A stretch of 62,548 bases of DNA, the filler included. It is 6 parts of 6 records of this genome, joined end to end, with 100 filler letters (N's around TTAATTAATTAA, not from the genome) between each part and the next. Parts side by side here need not be neighbours in the genome. Positions count along the whole stretch, not along the records: positions 1 to 20,491 come from SRR31156797_29260; 5 more parts are not named here. One strand, 5' to 3'. The notes under the pieces are model-generated. The model was not told where the DNA came from and made no database searches. It saw only the letters and a list, made by a program, of their open reading frames with translations. Position numbers and translations under genes: made by a program. Position 1 is the first letter of the stretch. Each line of letters starts with the position of its first letter. Of the stretch, positions 1 through 10,900 are shown piece by piece.

Positions 1-500
1 ACCGTACACATGCTGCTGATTTCCACATTTTTATCGGTCTGCTGGGAAATAGCTCCCAAATCCTCCAGGCGGACCTCCAGCGCTTTTGCGATCACTTCCA
101 GGAAACGGCCTGTACCTGCGGCACATTTGTCGTTCATTATGAAATTCTCCACCCGGCCGCCATTGCCGATGCGGATGACCTTGCTGTCCTGGCCGCCGAT
201 ATCCAGGATGGTTGCCGCATCCGGAAACAGGAAATGGACACCGGCTGCGTGGCAGGTGATCTCGGTGACGTTTTTGCCGGAAAACGGCAGGTTGTCACGC
301 CCGTACCCCGTGGTCACCACAAAATCCACATCCTCTTGCGATAATCCGGCCCGGTCCAGTACCTGCTGATACACCCGCTCACCCGATTTTCGGCTCCTGC
401 CGCCGGTCAAATCAATGGTAGATCCTAAAATTTTTTTATCATCACCCAACACAACGCCCTTGGTGGCAAGGGAGCCGGAATCAATACCAATTGTAATCAT
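1..500 (-). CDS. 2-hydroxyacyl-CoA dehydratase activator (HgdC/FldI/BadFG-type ASKHA ATPase with [4Fe-4S]); 3' end truncated by window edge
   Basis: Absent from the ORF track because there is no stop in the window. Manual translation from ATG at 500: MITIGIDSGSLATK...TTGYGR...TEITCHAAG...DIGGQDSK...MNDKCAAGTGRFLE...ISSMCTV. ATGA overlap with the upstream stop; AGGAG RBS. Confidence 0.95.
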   Translation of the reverse strand, partial: MITIGIDSGSLATKGVVLGDDKKILGSTIDLTGGRSRKSGERVYQQVLDRAGLSQEDVDFVVTTGYGRDNLPFSGKNVTEITCHAAGVHFLFPDAATILDIGGQDSKVIRIGNGGRVENFIMNDKCAAGTGRFLEVIAKALEVRLEDLGAISQQTDKNVEISSMCT

Positions 501-1819
501 ACTTCACTCCTGTTTTTGAGCATCTCCGCAAATGCGTCTATCCGTATTTTGACCTGGGAAAATGAATAGCCCCGGCTGTCGATGAAATCGCCGTCTATGT
601 CCAGCATGGCGATGCCTGATTGGGTCAGGCGGTCCCTGATAATCTGGTTCACGCTTAGGTGGCGGCGGCAGCCCCACTGGTTGAACCGTATAATTCCATC
701 TATGCCGTATGGCTCAAGCACGTCAAATTTTGTATCATCAATGCCGGCAAAGTGCAGCTGCCGCTTGGCCATATACATGTAAGGGTCCTTTTCCGCCAGC
801 AACTCGTCGAGATTCCGGGTCATGGCCGGCATGAGATTTGACATGACTTCCAAGCCGCACGTCTCTTCCATATATCTGATAATTTCATTGTTGTAAAAGG
901 GCATCAGCCCATCCCATATCACCCGGGGCCTGTCTTTGGCGCGGGTTTGCCCTGCGGTTTCAACTAAATCCCGCAGCTCTTCATAGCAGAGCCGGACACC
1001 CTGGGTGGCCTCCGGTGCCCCCATCCTGCTGAGATGGGTGGTGGTGTCGGTGGTGAACTTATGCACCGACGGACAGACCTGATGGGCAAGGGAGAGGGAG
1101 ATCAGTTTTTCGTAATAGCGCATGGTCTCTTTGGATTCTGCCACCGCGGCTGCAATACGGTCCGGAACGGCCGTGACGCCCAGGGTATTCTCCACTTGGG
1201 CCACCATCTCTTTCATGCGTTGGGCCAGGTATTGGGCTGCCGCATTGCCCCGGCGCTCGGGCATATCCAGAAGGAACCAGGGGCAGTCGTAGGTATCGCT
1301 CAGGGCGTAGAACATCCTGGCTCCGCTGTCGCAGGGGAAATAGGCAAAGGTGATAAAATCCGGGGTGGGCAGGCAGTTTTCCACGGCCGCGCCCAGCACA
1401 CACCGGACCACCGGGCAGATATCCCTGGAAAGGTGGTTTTTTTCCGCAATATCCAGGAACGCTCCGGCCACCCCGGCCGCGGCCAGGAAATAGGAGAGGA
1501 CCTGCCCGTTAAAGGGTACGAAGTTCAGGGCGGACACGATCTCGGAACAGACCACGTTTCCCACGAACATGACCCGGGAGTCTTCCAGGTAGGCATCCTG
1601 GAACCCGCCTGCATTGGCAATTGTTCTCTCCACGGTGGAGGCCGCCCTGTTCTCCGGCAGCGAAAAATCAACTGCTTGGCCGGTACGGCCCACGATCCGC
1701 ATGAAGTTTTCCAACTGTATGCTTCTCTTGGATTTGGTCGGCTGTGCCGTTCCACCGGGCATGCCAAACCCTTTTTTCGCCATCAATTTTTTCAGCAACT
1801 TCTCTTTATCCGATAACAT
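497..1819 (-). CDS. 2-hydroxyacyl-CoA dehydratase subunit (HGD-D family Fe-S protein) with N-terminal docking-like extension
   Basis: Cys motifs DIC, PCD and QWGCR; C-terminal IDGDFIDSR...QVKIRIDAFAEML typical of the family; adjacent to its activator. Start moved from 1849 to ATG 1819, which follows an AGGAG RBS. Confidence 0.9.
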   Translation of the reverse strand: MLSDKEKLLKKLMAKKGFGMPGGTAQPTKSKRSIQLENFMRIVGRTGQAVDFSLPENRAASTVERTIANAGGFQDAYLEDSRVMFVGNVVCSEIVSALNFVPFNGQVLSYFLAAAGVAGAFLDIAEKNHLSRDICPVVRCVLGAAVENCLPTPDFITFAYFPCDSGARMFYALSDTYDCPWFLLDMPERRGNAAAQYLAQRMKEMVAQVENTLGVTAVPDRIAAAVAESKETMRYYEKLISLSLAHQVCPSVHKFTTDTTTHLSRMGAPEATQGVRLCYEELRDLVETAGQTRAKDRPRVIWDGLMPFYNNEIIRYMEETCGLEVMSNLMPAMTRNLDELLAEKDPYMYMAKRQLHFAGIDDTKFDVLEPYGIDGIIRFNQWGCRRHLSVNQIIRDRLTQSGIAMLDIDGDFIDSRGYSFSQVKIRIDAFAEMLKNRSEV

Positions 1820-1840
1820 ATCTCTCCTGTTACACTGCTT

Positions 1841-1894
1841 ATTTACCATGAAGAAATGCGTTCTTCATGCTCTTCATGTCTTTCATGGTGAAAA
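1841..1894. repeat. Imperfect inverted repeat built from 9-10 bp CTTCATG units (REP/MITE-like remnant)
   Basis: ttaccatgaagaa...ttcttcatgc tcttcatgtc tttcatggtgaaaa: three tandem TTCATG units; the outer arms ACCATGAA/TTCATGGT can pair. Confidence 0.5.
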
Positions 1895-1973
1895 ACTAAT
1901 TTAAACTTTATGGTAAAAACAAAACCCGGTAGTACCCCTACTTTTTTTAACAAATAGGTCCTTGCTGGTGCCG

Positions 1974-4900
1974 TCAGGCGTCACCCAGGGCCGCCCTGAT
2001 CTCCTCTTCGGACATCCCGTCGATTTCTTTTTGCAGGTGCGCGATGGTATCCACCTGTCCTTTTTGGGGCTCATGGGCAATTAATTTGCGGGTAATACCG
2101 GCAACCGTGGGAGCCTCAAACAGTTCCCGCACGACAATCCTGATTTCAAACAGACTCTGCACACGGTTTACCAGCTGCACCACCAGCAGGGAATGGCCGC
2201 CCAGGGCAAAGAAATCATCATGCCTGCCCACACGCTTTACCCCCAGCACTTCCGCCCAAATTTGGGCAACGATCTCTTCGGCAGGCGAAGCCGGTGCCTC
2301 ATACCCTTTGGTGGAGGTTAAAAGTTCCGGCGCGGGCAGTTTCTTCCGGTCCACTTTGCCGTTGGGGGTCAGGGGCAGGGCGTCAAGCAGTGTAAAATGG
2401 GCAGGTATCATATAATCGGGAACGCTTTTTTTGAGCCATTCCCGCAATTGGGGGACCAGTGAGGGGTCGTCGAACTTGCCTTCTCCTGTTATGTAGGCTG
2501 ACAACCGTTTGTTATCACCATCTTCCACCAATTTTACCACCGTATCCCCAACTGCCGGATGCCGGCGAAGCACGGATTCGATTTCCCCAAGTTCAATGCG
2601 AAATCCCCGCAGCTTGACCTGGTGGTCCATCCTGCCCAGAAACTCGATATTGCCGTTGGGAAGCCATCTTGCCAGATCACCGGTTCTATAAATCCGCTCT
2701 TTTTTCCCCAGAATTTTTATTTCATTAAATTTTTCGGTGGTCAGTTCCGGGCGATTGAGATAGCCCCGGGCCAGACCCGCGCCTGCGATGCACAGTTCGC
2801 CGGGAATGCCTGGGGGCAACGGTTGAAGATATGGGTCCATGATGTAGATGCGGGTGTTGGAGATGGGCCGGCCGATGGGTATCACGGTCCCCCCATCAAT
2901 ATGGATGGGCCGGATTGGGAAAAGCGTTGCCGCCACCGTAGTTTCCGCCGGGCCGTATGAATTCAATAACACCGGAAACGCCCCAAAGTGTTCCAACCAT
3001 CGTTCAACGTGTTCAGCTGAAACCGCCTCACCGCCGATCACCACCAGACGGATACTTTTGGGCCATAGTTTTTTAATGGTGGGCAGGTCCGTGAGCAGAC
3101 TGTGCCAAAAGGCCGTGGGCAGATCCAGCACAGTCAATTCATGGGCTGCGCAGGCCGTCAGGAATGTTTCGGTGGATCCGATCATTTCCTGGTTGCGCAG
3201 GATGAGAGCAGCACCCGAAACCAGGGTCATGTGGATCTCTTCCACGGCTGTATCAAAACTTAGCGAGGCGAATTGCAATACCCTGTCATGGCTTGTCAGG
3301 CCGTACGCATCAATTGCCGATCTAATAAAATTGCCCAGGCCAAGATGATGAATCATGACCCCTTTGGGGCTGCCGGTGGTGCCCGATGTGTAGATTACAT
3401 ATGCCAGATCAGCCGCCTCAATTTTTATGGCCGGATTTTGCCGGGATTGGCCGGTTAGGTCCAGATCATCCAACGAGACGACAGCAAAGGCCTGTTCCGT
3501 TTCCCCCAGGGGCAGCCGTGGCTTCAGAGTGCTTTGGGTCAGCACCAGGGACACGCCGCTGTCATCCAGGATATGGCGAATACGGGCCCCGGGATAGCCT
3601 GGGTCAACCGGCACGTAGGCGCCCCCTGATTTGAGGATGGCCAGCATGCCGATGACCATTTCCGGGGAACGGTCCATAAATATTGCGGCCAGCGGATTAT
3701 GCCCTGCTCCGAATTCAGGATGTGATAACAGGTGGTTGGCTGCCTGATTGGCCTTTTCATTCAGTTGTCCATAGGTCAGCCGGCTTCCTTTGGAAATTAC
3801 GGCAATACGGTCAGGGGTTTTCGCTGCCTGCCACTCAAACAGGTCGACAATGGTGGTGTCCGCCGGCATATCCGCGGCCGTGTCATTCCAGGATTGCACC
3901 AATGCCGCCTCCTTAGGCGTCAACATGGGCAGGTGGCTGACCGGTTGGGCCGGGTCGTCTGCCATGGCTTGCAGCAGCACCTGGAAATGGCCGGCCATCC
4001 GTTCAATGGTGGATGGCTGGAACAGGTCGGTGGCATATTCCCACCAACAATGCAGTTCCCCGTCCCGCTCCTCCATGTTCAGGCTCAAATCAAATTTGGA
4101 AATGGGATAATCAATGGGCAGGGACGTGACTGCCAGGCCCGGCAGATCCGGTGAGACCAGGTCATTGTTCTGTAGTCCGAACATCACCTGAAACAATGGG
4201 CTGTGGCTCAGGCTGCGGGTGGGTTGCAGCTGTTCCACCAGCATCTCAAAGGGGATATCCTGGTGGGAATAGGCTTCCAGGCAGGTTGTGCGGGTGTCTG
4301 CCAACAGGCCTGCCACGCTTTGGTCCGGATGAAGCCGGCTGCGCAGCACCAGGGTATTGACAAAAAAACCGATCAGGTCATCGGTGCTGCTGTGGGTGCG
4401 GTTGGCAATGGGGGTGCCCACGCAGACATCATCCATGCGGCTGTACCGGAAGAGCAGGATGTAAAATCCTGTGAGCAAAGTCATGAAAAGGCTCATGTTC
4501 AGCTCGCGGCTCAAGCCATTGAGTGCTTTTGCCAGGTCCGGCGGCAAAGAGGTGAAATAATGGGCGCCTTTATAGCTTTGCTGGGGCGGCCGGGGGGTGT
4601 CCAGGGGCAGTTCAAGCAGCTCCGGGGCATTGGCAAGCCGCCCTTGCCAATAGTCCACCTGCCGTTGCAGGACCCTGCCTTGCAGCCACTCGCGCTGCCA
4701 GATCGCGTAATCACCGTACTGGATGACAAGCGGGGGCAGGTCCGGCGCTTTGCCTTGGGAAAAAGCGGTGTAGGCCCGGTGCCAGTCCCGCATGAATACG
4801 CCCATGGACCAGCCGTCACTGATAATATGGTGCATGTTCAGCAAGAGTACCGATTTTTGCGCCGTAAGACGCAGCAGGTCAGCCTTGAACAGGGGGCCCT

Positions 4901-7900
4901 GGTCCAGGTCAAAGCAGATGCCGGCATGGCGTTGGGTATGGGTTTGGATCTCTTCGTCCTGCCTCTCAAGTGACAGTCCGGCAGGATTTTGAAGGGTCAG
5001 GTCGTGGATGCCCAGGACCTTTTTTTCGCCGGGTGCATGAATTTTTACCACCGGTTGTCCGTCCCGGGTGGGAAAGGTACTCCTCAACGCGTCATGGCGG
5101 CAGATCAGCCAGTGCAGGCTGCGTTCCAGGGCTTCAATATTCAGCTCACCCGTCAATTCAAGTGCCCCAGGCATGTTGTACACGTCGGTGCCACTGTCCT
5201 CCAGCTGGTTGAGAAACCAGAGACGCTGTTGGGCAAAAGATAGGACTTGGGGGATCTCATCCGGCTGTTTGTGGATGGAAGGCAGGCTGGCCGTGGTGCC
5301 GGCTGTATCAATGGCGTTGGCCAGCTCATTCAGCCGGGGATGCTCGAAAACCGCGCTCACCGGCAACTCCACCTGGAAATTGTCCCTGATCCGGGCGATG
5401 AGCTGGGTGGCTGACAGGGAATGTCCTCCCAGGTCAAAGAAATTGTCATGACGATGCACCGTTTCCCGCCAAAGCAGTGTGCCCCAGACGCCGGCCAAAA
5501 TTTTTTCGGTGGAGGTGACCGGCTTTTCACCGGCAGCGGTTTCCGCCTGGGGCAGGGGCAAAGCCTTGCGGTCGGTTTTACCGTTGGGTGTCAGCGCAAA
5601 TCTTTCCAATACCATGAAGTGGCTGGGAATCATATAATCGGGCAATAGGGATTTGAGCCGTTCTTTCACTTCGGCCGGATTAATCAGCGAACCGGCTTGG
5701 GGGGATTTGTCCCCGGTGAGATAAGCGATGAGGCGCTTGTCATTGTCAACCCCATGCAGTGTGACGACAGCTTCCTTGACGGATGGGAGCTGGCCCAGAA
5801 CGGTTTCGATTTCCCCCAGCTCAATGCGGAAGCCCCGCAGCTTGACCTGAAGGTCCATGCGTCCCAGGAACTCAATGTCGCCGCCGGGCAGCAGGCGCGC
5901 CAGGTCTCCGGTCCGGTAGATGCGCTGGGGCTTGCCGAAAATTTCGATTTCAATGAATTTTTCTTGGGTCAGCCCGGGGCGGTTAAGATAGCCTTGTGCC
6001 AGGCCCGGTCCGCCCGTGACCAGTTCCCCGGGGACACCTACGGGCACAGGTTGCAGGTTTTCATCCACGATGTAAACCGTGGTGTTGGCAATGGGCTTTC
6101 CAATGGGAATGGAACTTGTGTGTGCCTGGCGATTGATGGGATAACAGCAGGTAAAGGTGGTATTTTCCGTGGGGCCGTACCCGTTTACCAGCCGAGTATT
6201 GGGCAGCAGCCCCACTGCCTTTTCAATATGGGATACGGACAGGGTTTCCCCGCCGGTCATCAGCTGTTTGACCCCTTGCAGCGCATGGGGGTGCTCCTCC
6301 AGCATGACATTGAACAGGCTGCTGGTCAGCCATAAAATGGTGATTTTTTCCCTGCCTAACACCTTGGCAAGGGATGCCAGGTCCTTTTGCCGGGCCGGCA
6401 TAATCACGAGCTTTGCGCCGTTTAGCAGGGCGCCCCAGATTTCCAGCGTGGCCGCGTCAAAGGAGACCGGCGCATATTGGAGAAAGGTCTGGGTTGAATC
6501 CAGTTGGGCAAAGTTGTTGTTTTTCACCAGCCGGACCACAGCCTGGTGGGGAACGGCAACGCCCTTGGGCTGCCCGGTTGACCCCGAGGTATAGTTAACA
6601 TAGGCCAGACCAGTCACCTGGATGACCATGTCGGGGCGAGCCTTTGGCAGGCCGTTCACATCAATTTCGTCCAGAAAGACCGGGCGGCAAAGGGGGGGCA
6701 TCTCTTCCAGGGGCAATTGTGTTTTCAGGTCACTTTGGGTGAGCAGCAGGTGCGCGGCGCAATCCTTAAGCATATACCGGATCCGGTCGGCCGGATAAGC
6801 CGGGTCAATGGGAACATAGGTCCCGCCCGCTTTGAGAATACCCAATACCCCAACCACGGTTTCAAATGAACGTTCCAAAGCGATGGCGATCAAGGGCGTG
6901 TCCGGCTTTTCTGCCATTTGGACCTTCCGGCTGAGTCCGGATATGTAGTGGGCCAGCTGGTTGGCCTTTTCATCCAGCTCGCGGTAGGTAAGGCACCGCC
7001 CTTCAAAAGCCAAGGCAATGGCGCCAGGCGTTTTGTCCACCTGGATCTGGAACAGGTCCACGATGTTGCTCTCTTTGGGGTAGGCCGTGGCCGTGTCATT
7101 CCAGGTCTGCCATGCGGCCGTCTCCTTAGGCGTAAGCATGGGCAGGTCTTTGAGGCGCTGGGCCGGGTTGTTCGCAATGGCGGTGAGCAATACTTCAAAA
7201 TGGCCTGCCATGCGTTGGATAGTGGCTGCCTGGAACAGATCTGCGGCATATTCCCATTCACAGTACAGGGCGCCGTCCCGCTCCTCGGCGTTGAGGCTCA
7301 GATCAAATTTGGCCACAGGGAACTCAACATCCAAAGCCGTGGTCTCGATACCCGGTAGATCCAGGCAGATCGGGTCATTGTTTTGTACCCCCAGCATTAC
7401 CTGGAACAGGGGACTGTGACTCAGGCTGCGGCGGGGCTGAAGCCGCTCCACCAGCATTTCAAAGGGAAGATTCTGGTTTGCATAGGCGTCCAGGCAGGTT
7501 TTGCGGGTATCTGCCAACAGATCGGCAACAGATTGGTCCGGCCGGAGCCGGCCCCGGAGCACCAGGGTATTCACGAAAAAACCGATGGTCTCATGGGTGT
7601 CGCTGTGGGTGCGGTTCGCAATGGGCGTGCCCACGCATAGATCATCCACCCGGCAATAACGGGACAGCAGGATATAATAGGTGCTGAGCAGGGTCATGAA
7701 AAGACTCACGTTCTGCTTGCGGCTCAATTCCGTGAGGCGCTTGGTCAAGGCAGGTGACAATCGATGCAGGTGCCGACCGCCCTTAAAACTTTGGCGTGCC
7801 GGCCGGGGGGTGTCCAAGGGCAGTTCCAGCAGTTCCGGGGCACCGGCCAGTTGCAGGCGCCAATAGTCCTCTTGTTTTTGCAGCACCTCTCCTTGCAGCC

Positions 7901-10900
7901 AGTTGCGCTGCCAGGCCGCATAGTCCACGTACTGGATGTAAAGCTGCGACAGGTCCGGCTCTTTGCCCTGGGCAAACGCAATACAGGCCTGCCCCAGATC
8001 CCGAATCAGCACGCCCATGGACCAGGCGTCACTGATAATATGGTGCATATTCAGCAGCAGCACCGACTTTTCCCGGCCCAGTATCAGCAGGGCAGCCTTG
8101 AACAGGGGCCCCCGGCTCAAGTCAAAGGGCTCGACGGCATGGCGGTTGGCACGGTTGCGCACGGCCTCATCCTGTTCACTGGGAGCAAGTCCGGTGAGAT
8201 CATGAATTGCCAGGATCTGCTGGTCATCGGGTGCCTGGATCTGCACCACGGCCTCTCCTCCCTGGTCCGGGAAAGCGCTCCTCAGGGAATCATGGCGGCG
8301 GACCAGCCATTTCAGGCCCTGCTTCAGGGATTCGATATCCAGGTTGCCGGACAATTGCAGGGCTGTGGGCATGTTATATACCGCGCTGTTATTTTCCTCC
8401 AGGCGGTTCAGGAACCACAAACGCTGCTGGGCAAAGGATAGGCTTGGGTCTGCACCATCCGGCTGTTTGCGGATGGGTGGCAGACCGGCTGTGCCCATGG
8501 CAGCTTCAATGGCCTTTGCCAGGTCTGCCAGCCGGGGATGGTCAAAAACGGCCCGCACCGGCAGTTCTACCTGGAAGCCGTCCCGGATCCGGGCGGTGAG
8601 CAGGGTGGCTGTCAGGGAGTGTCCGCCCAGGACGAAAAAATGGGCCTGCCGGTTGATTGTTGCGCCGCTGAAAAGCCCGGACCACAGGCCCGACAATATC
8701 TCTTCGGTGGGTGTGGCCGGCCTGTTGTTTTTGGCAGTGGTTCCGGCCTGGGGATCGGGCAATGCCTTGCGGTCTATTTTGCCGTTGGGGGTCAACGGCA
8801 GTCTGTCCAGAACCATGAAATGATTTGGAATCATATAGTCGGGTAACTGCTGTTTGAGCTGTTCTCTTAATTGGGCCGGTTCAAGCCCGGATTCAGTTTC
8901 ATGGGATTGGGCCGAACTTGTGATATAGGCGGCCAGCCGCCTGTCACCATTGGTTTCATACACGGTTACGGCAGCTTCTTTGACAAAGGGGTGTTGTGCC
9001 AGCACCGCCTCTATTTCCCCCAGTTCGATGCGGAAACCGCGTAGTTTGACCTGGTGGTCCAGTCGTCCCATATAGTCCAGGTTGCCGTCAGGGAGAAACC
9101 GGGCCAGGTCTCCGGTTTTGTAGATACGTTCGGTTTTGCCGAACAGTTGGATCTCCACGAATTTTTCAGCCGTCAGCCCGGGACGGTTGAGATACCCCCG
9201 GGCAAGCCCTGCGCCGGCAATGCATAGTTCCCCCGGAATGCCCGGCGGGACGGGTTGGTTGTGGGTATCCAGGATATGGATGCGGACGTTGGGAATCGCT
9301 CGGCCGATGTGAGGCGCACCATCTTGGTCCGGGGAACAGACAGCCATGGTTGCGCAAACCGTATTCTCGGTGGGCCCGTAAGCATTGATAAAACGGACCT
9401 TGCCGGCCCATTGGCCCATCAGTTCCGCCGGGCAGGCCTCACCGGCCACTACAAGGGTTTTCAGCCCCTGGAGGGCCTGGCTTGGCAGGTTGTTGACGAA
9501 AGAGGGGGGCAAGGTGACATGGCTGATTTTTTCATCAGCCATCAAGGCGGTAAATTCCGTTGGATCCAGCAGGGTGTATTTGGACGCGATGTATAAGGTC
9601 CCGCCACTCAACAAAGTGGTGGTGATTTCAGAGACGGACGCGTCAAAACTAAAAGAGGCGAACTGTAACACCCGGCTGTCCGGCAGGAGTTGAAAAGTCT
9701 CGATTTGTGAAAAAACCAGGCTGACCAGCCCGGCATGTTCAATCATCACGCCCTTGGGCTTCCCGGTGGACCCCGAGGTATAAATCACATAGGCCAGGTC
9801 CGTCACGGTGGGGTTGGCCGAGAGATTATGCTTAGGCTGTGACCGGATTCCGTGGTCATCCAGGCAGATGACTTTCTGTGCCGTCGTATCAGTCGTACCA
9901 ATCGTATCAATGGAGAGGTGGGTTTTTAATCCGGCTTGAGTCAATAGCAGGGCAGGGGTGCTGTCCGTCAGCATATATTTGATGCGCTCCGCCGGATAGG
10001 TGGGGTCAATGGGCAAATAGGCACCTCCTGCTTTGAGTATCCCCAGAAGACCGATAACCATCTGGGCGGACTGCTCCACCGCAATGGCAATCAAAGGATT
10101 CTGCCGGTCCATTGATGCTGGAAAATGTTGCACCAGGTAATGCGCCAACCGGTTGGCGCGTTCATTGAGTTCGCGGTATGTTAACCGTTCGTCTTCAAAC
10201 ACAATCGCAATGGCACACGGCGTTTTTTCCGCCTGGTTTTCGAATAGCTCGACAATGGTTTCACCGAAGGGGAACTGCCTGGTGGTCTTGTTCCAGTCAA
10301 TGAGGCACCGGGTTTCGGCTTGGGTGAGCATGGGCAGGGTATGGATCTCCCGGTCCGGGGACACTGTGATACCTTCCAGGAGCACTTGCAGATGTTCTGA
10401 CATCCGTTGCACGGTTTCAGGCAAGAAGAGATCGCTGTTATAGCTCAAGCAGCCTGAAAGGGCACTTTTATCATCGTCAAAGGTCATGGAAACATCGAAC
10501 TGCCCTTCCATCTGGTCAAGGGCAATGCTGTGGGCTGTTACGCTTCCAGTGAAAAATCGCTTGGGGATCAGGGCCCGGGTCTCATAGGCGAAAAACGCCT
10601 GGACAAGGGGTGGATAGCTGGGGTCTCGTTCCGGCTGCAATTGTTCCATGAGCAAAGGGAAGGGATAGGGCTGGTGGTCCAGTCCGGTAAGTATCCGGTG
10701 CTGGTTTATCGCCAATTTTTTACGGAATGTTATTTGCGCTTCTTTGGGGAAACTTGCGCGCACTACCATGGGATTGACCAGGTAGCCCACCATGTCGTTA
10801 AACTCCCGGCGGCCCCGGACCGTGGAGGTGGGCACTCCCACAAGGATCTCCTCCTGGTCGGTATAGCGGTGGAGCATTATTTGGAAAGCGGTGAACAGCA

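Noticed and set aside
10-369. 119-aa plus-strand ORF at the window start
   Set aside because: Antisense shadow of the activator gene, whose minus-strand frame carries all family motifs.
1-1819. Benzoyl-CoA reductase or double-cubane cluster protein
   Set aside because: Only one Fe-S subunit and one homodimer-type activator are visible, there are no aromatic-degradation genes, and I could not see the duplicated Cys pattern. Not fully excluded without alignment.
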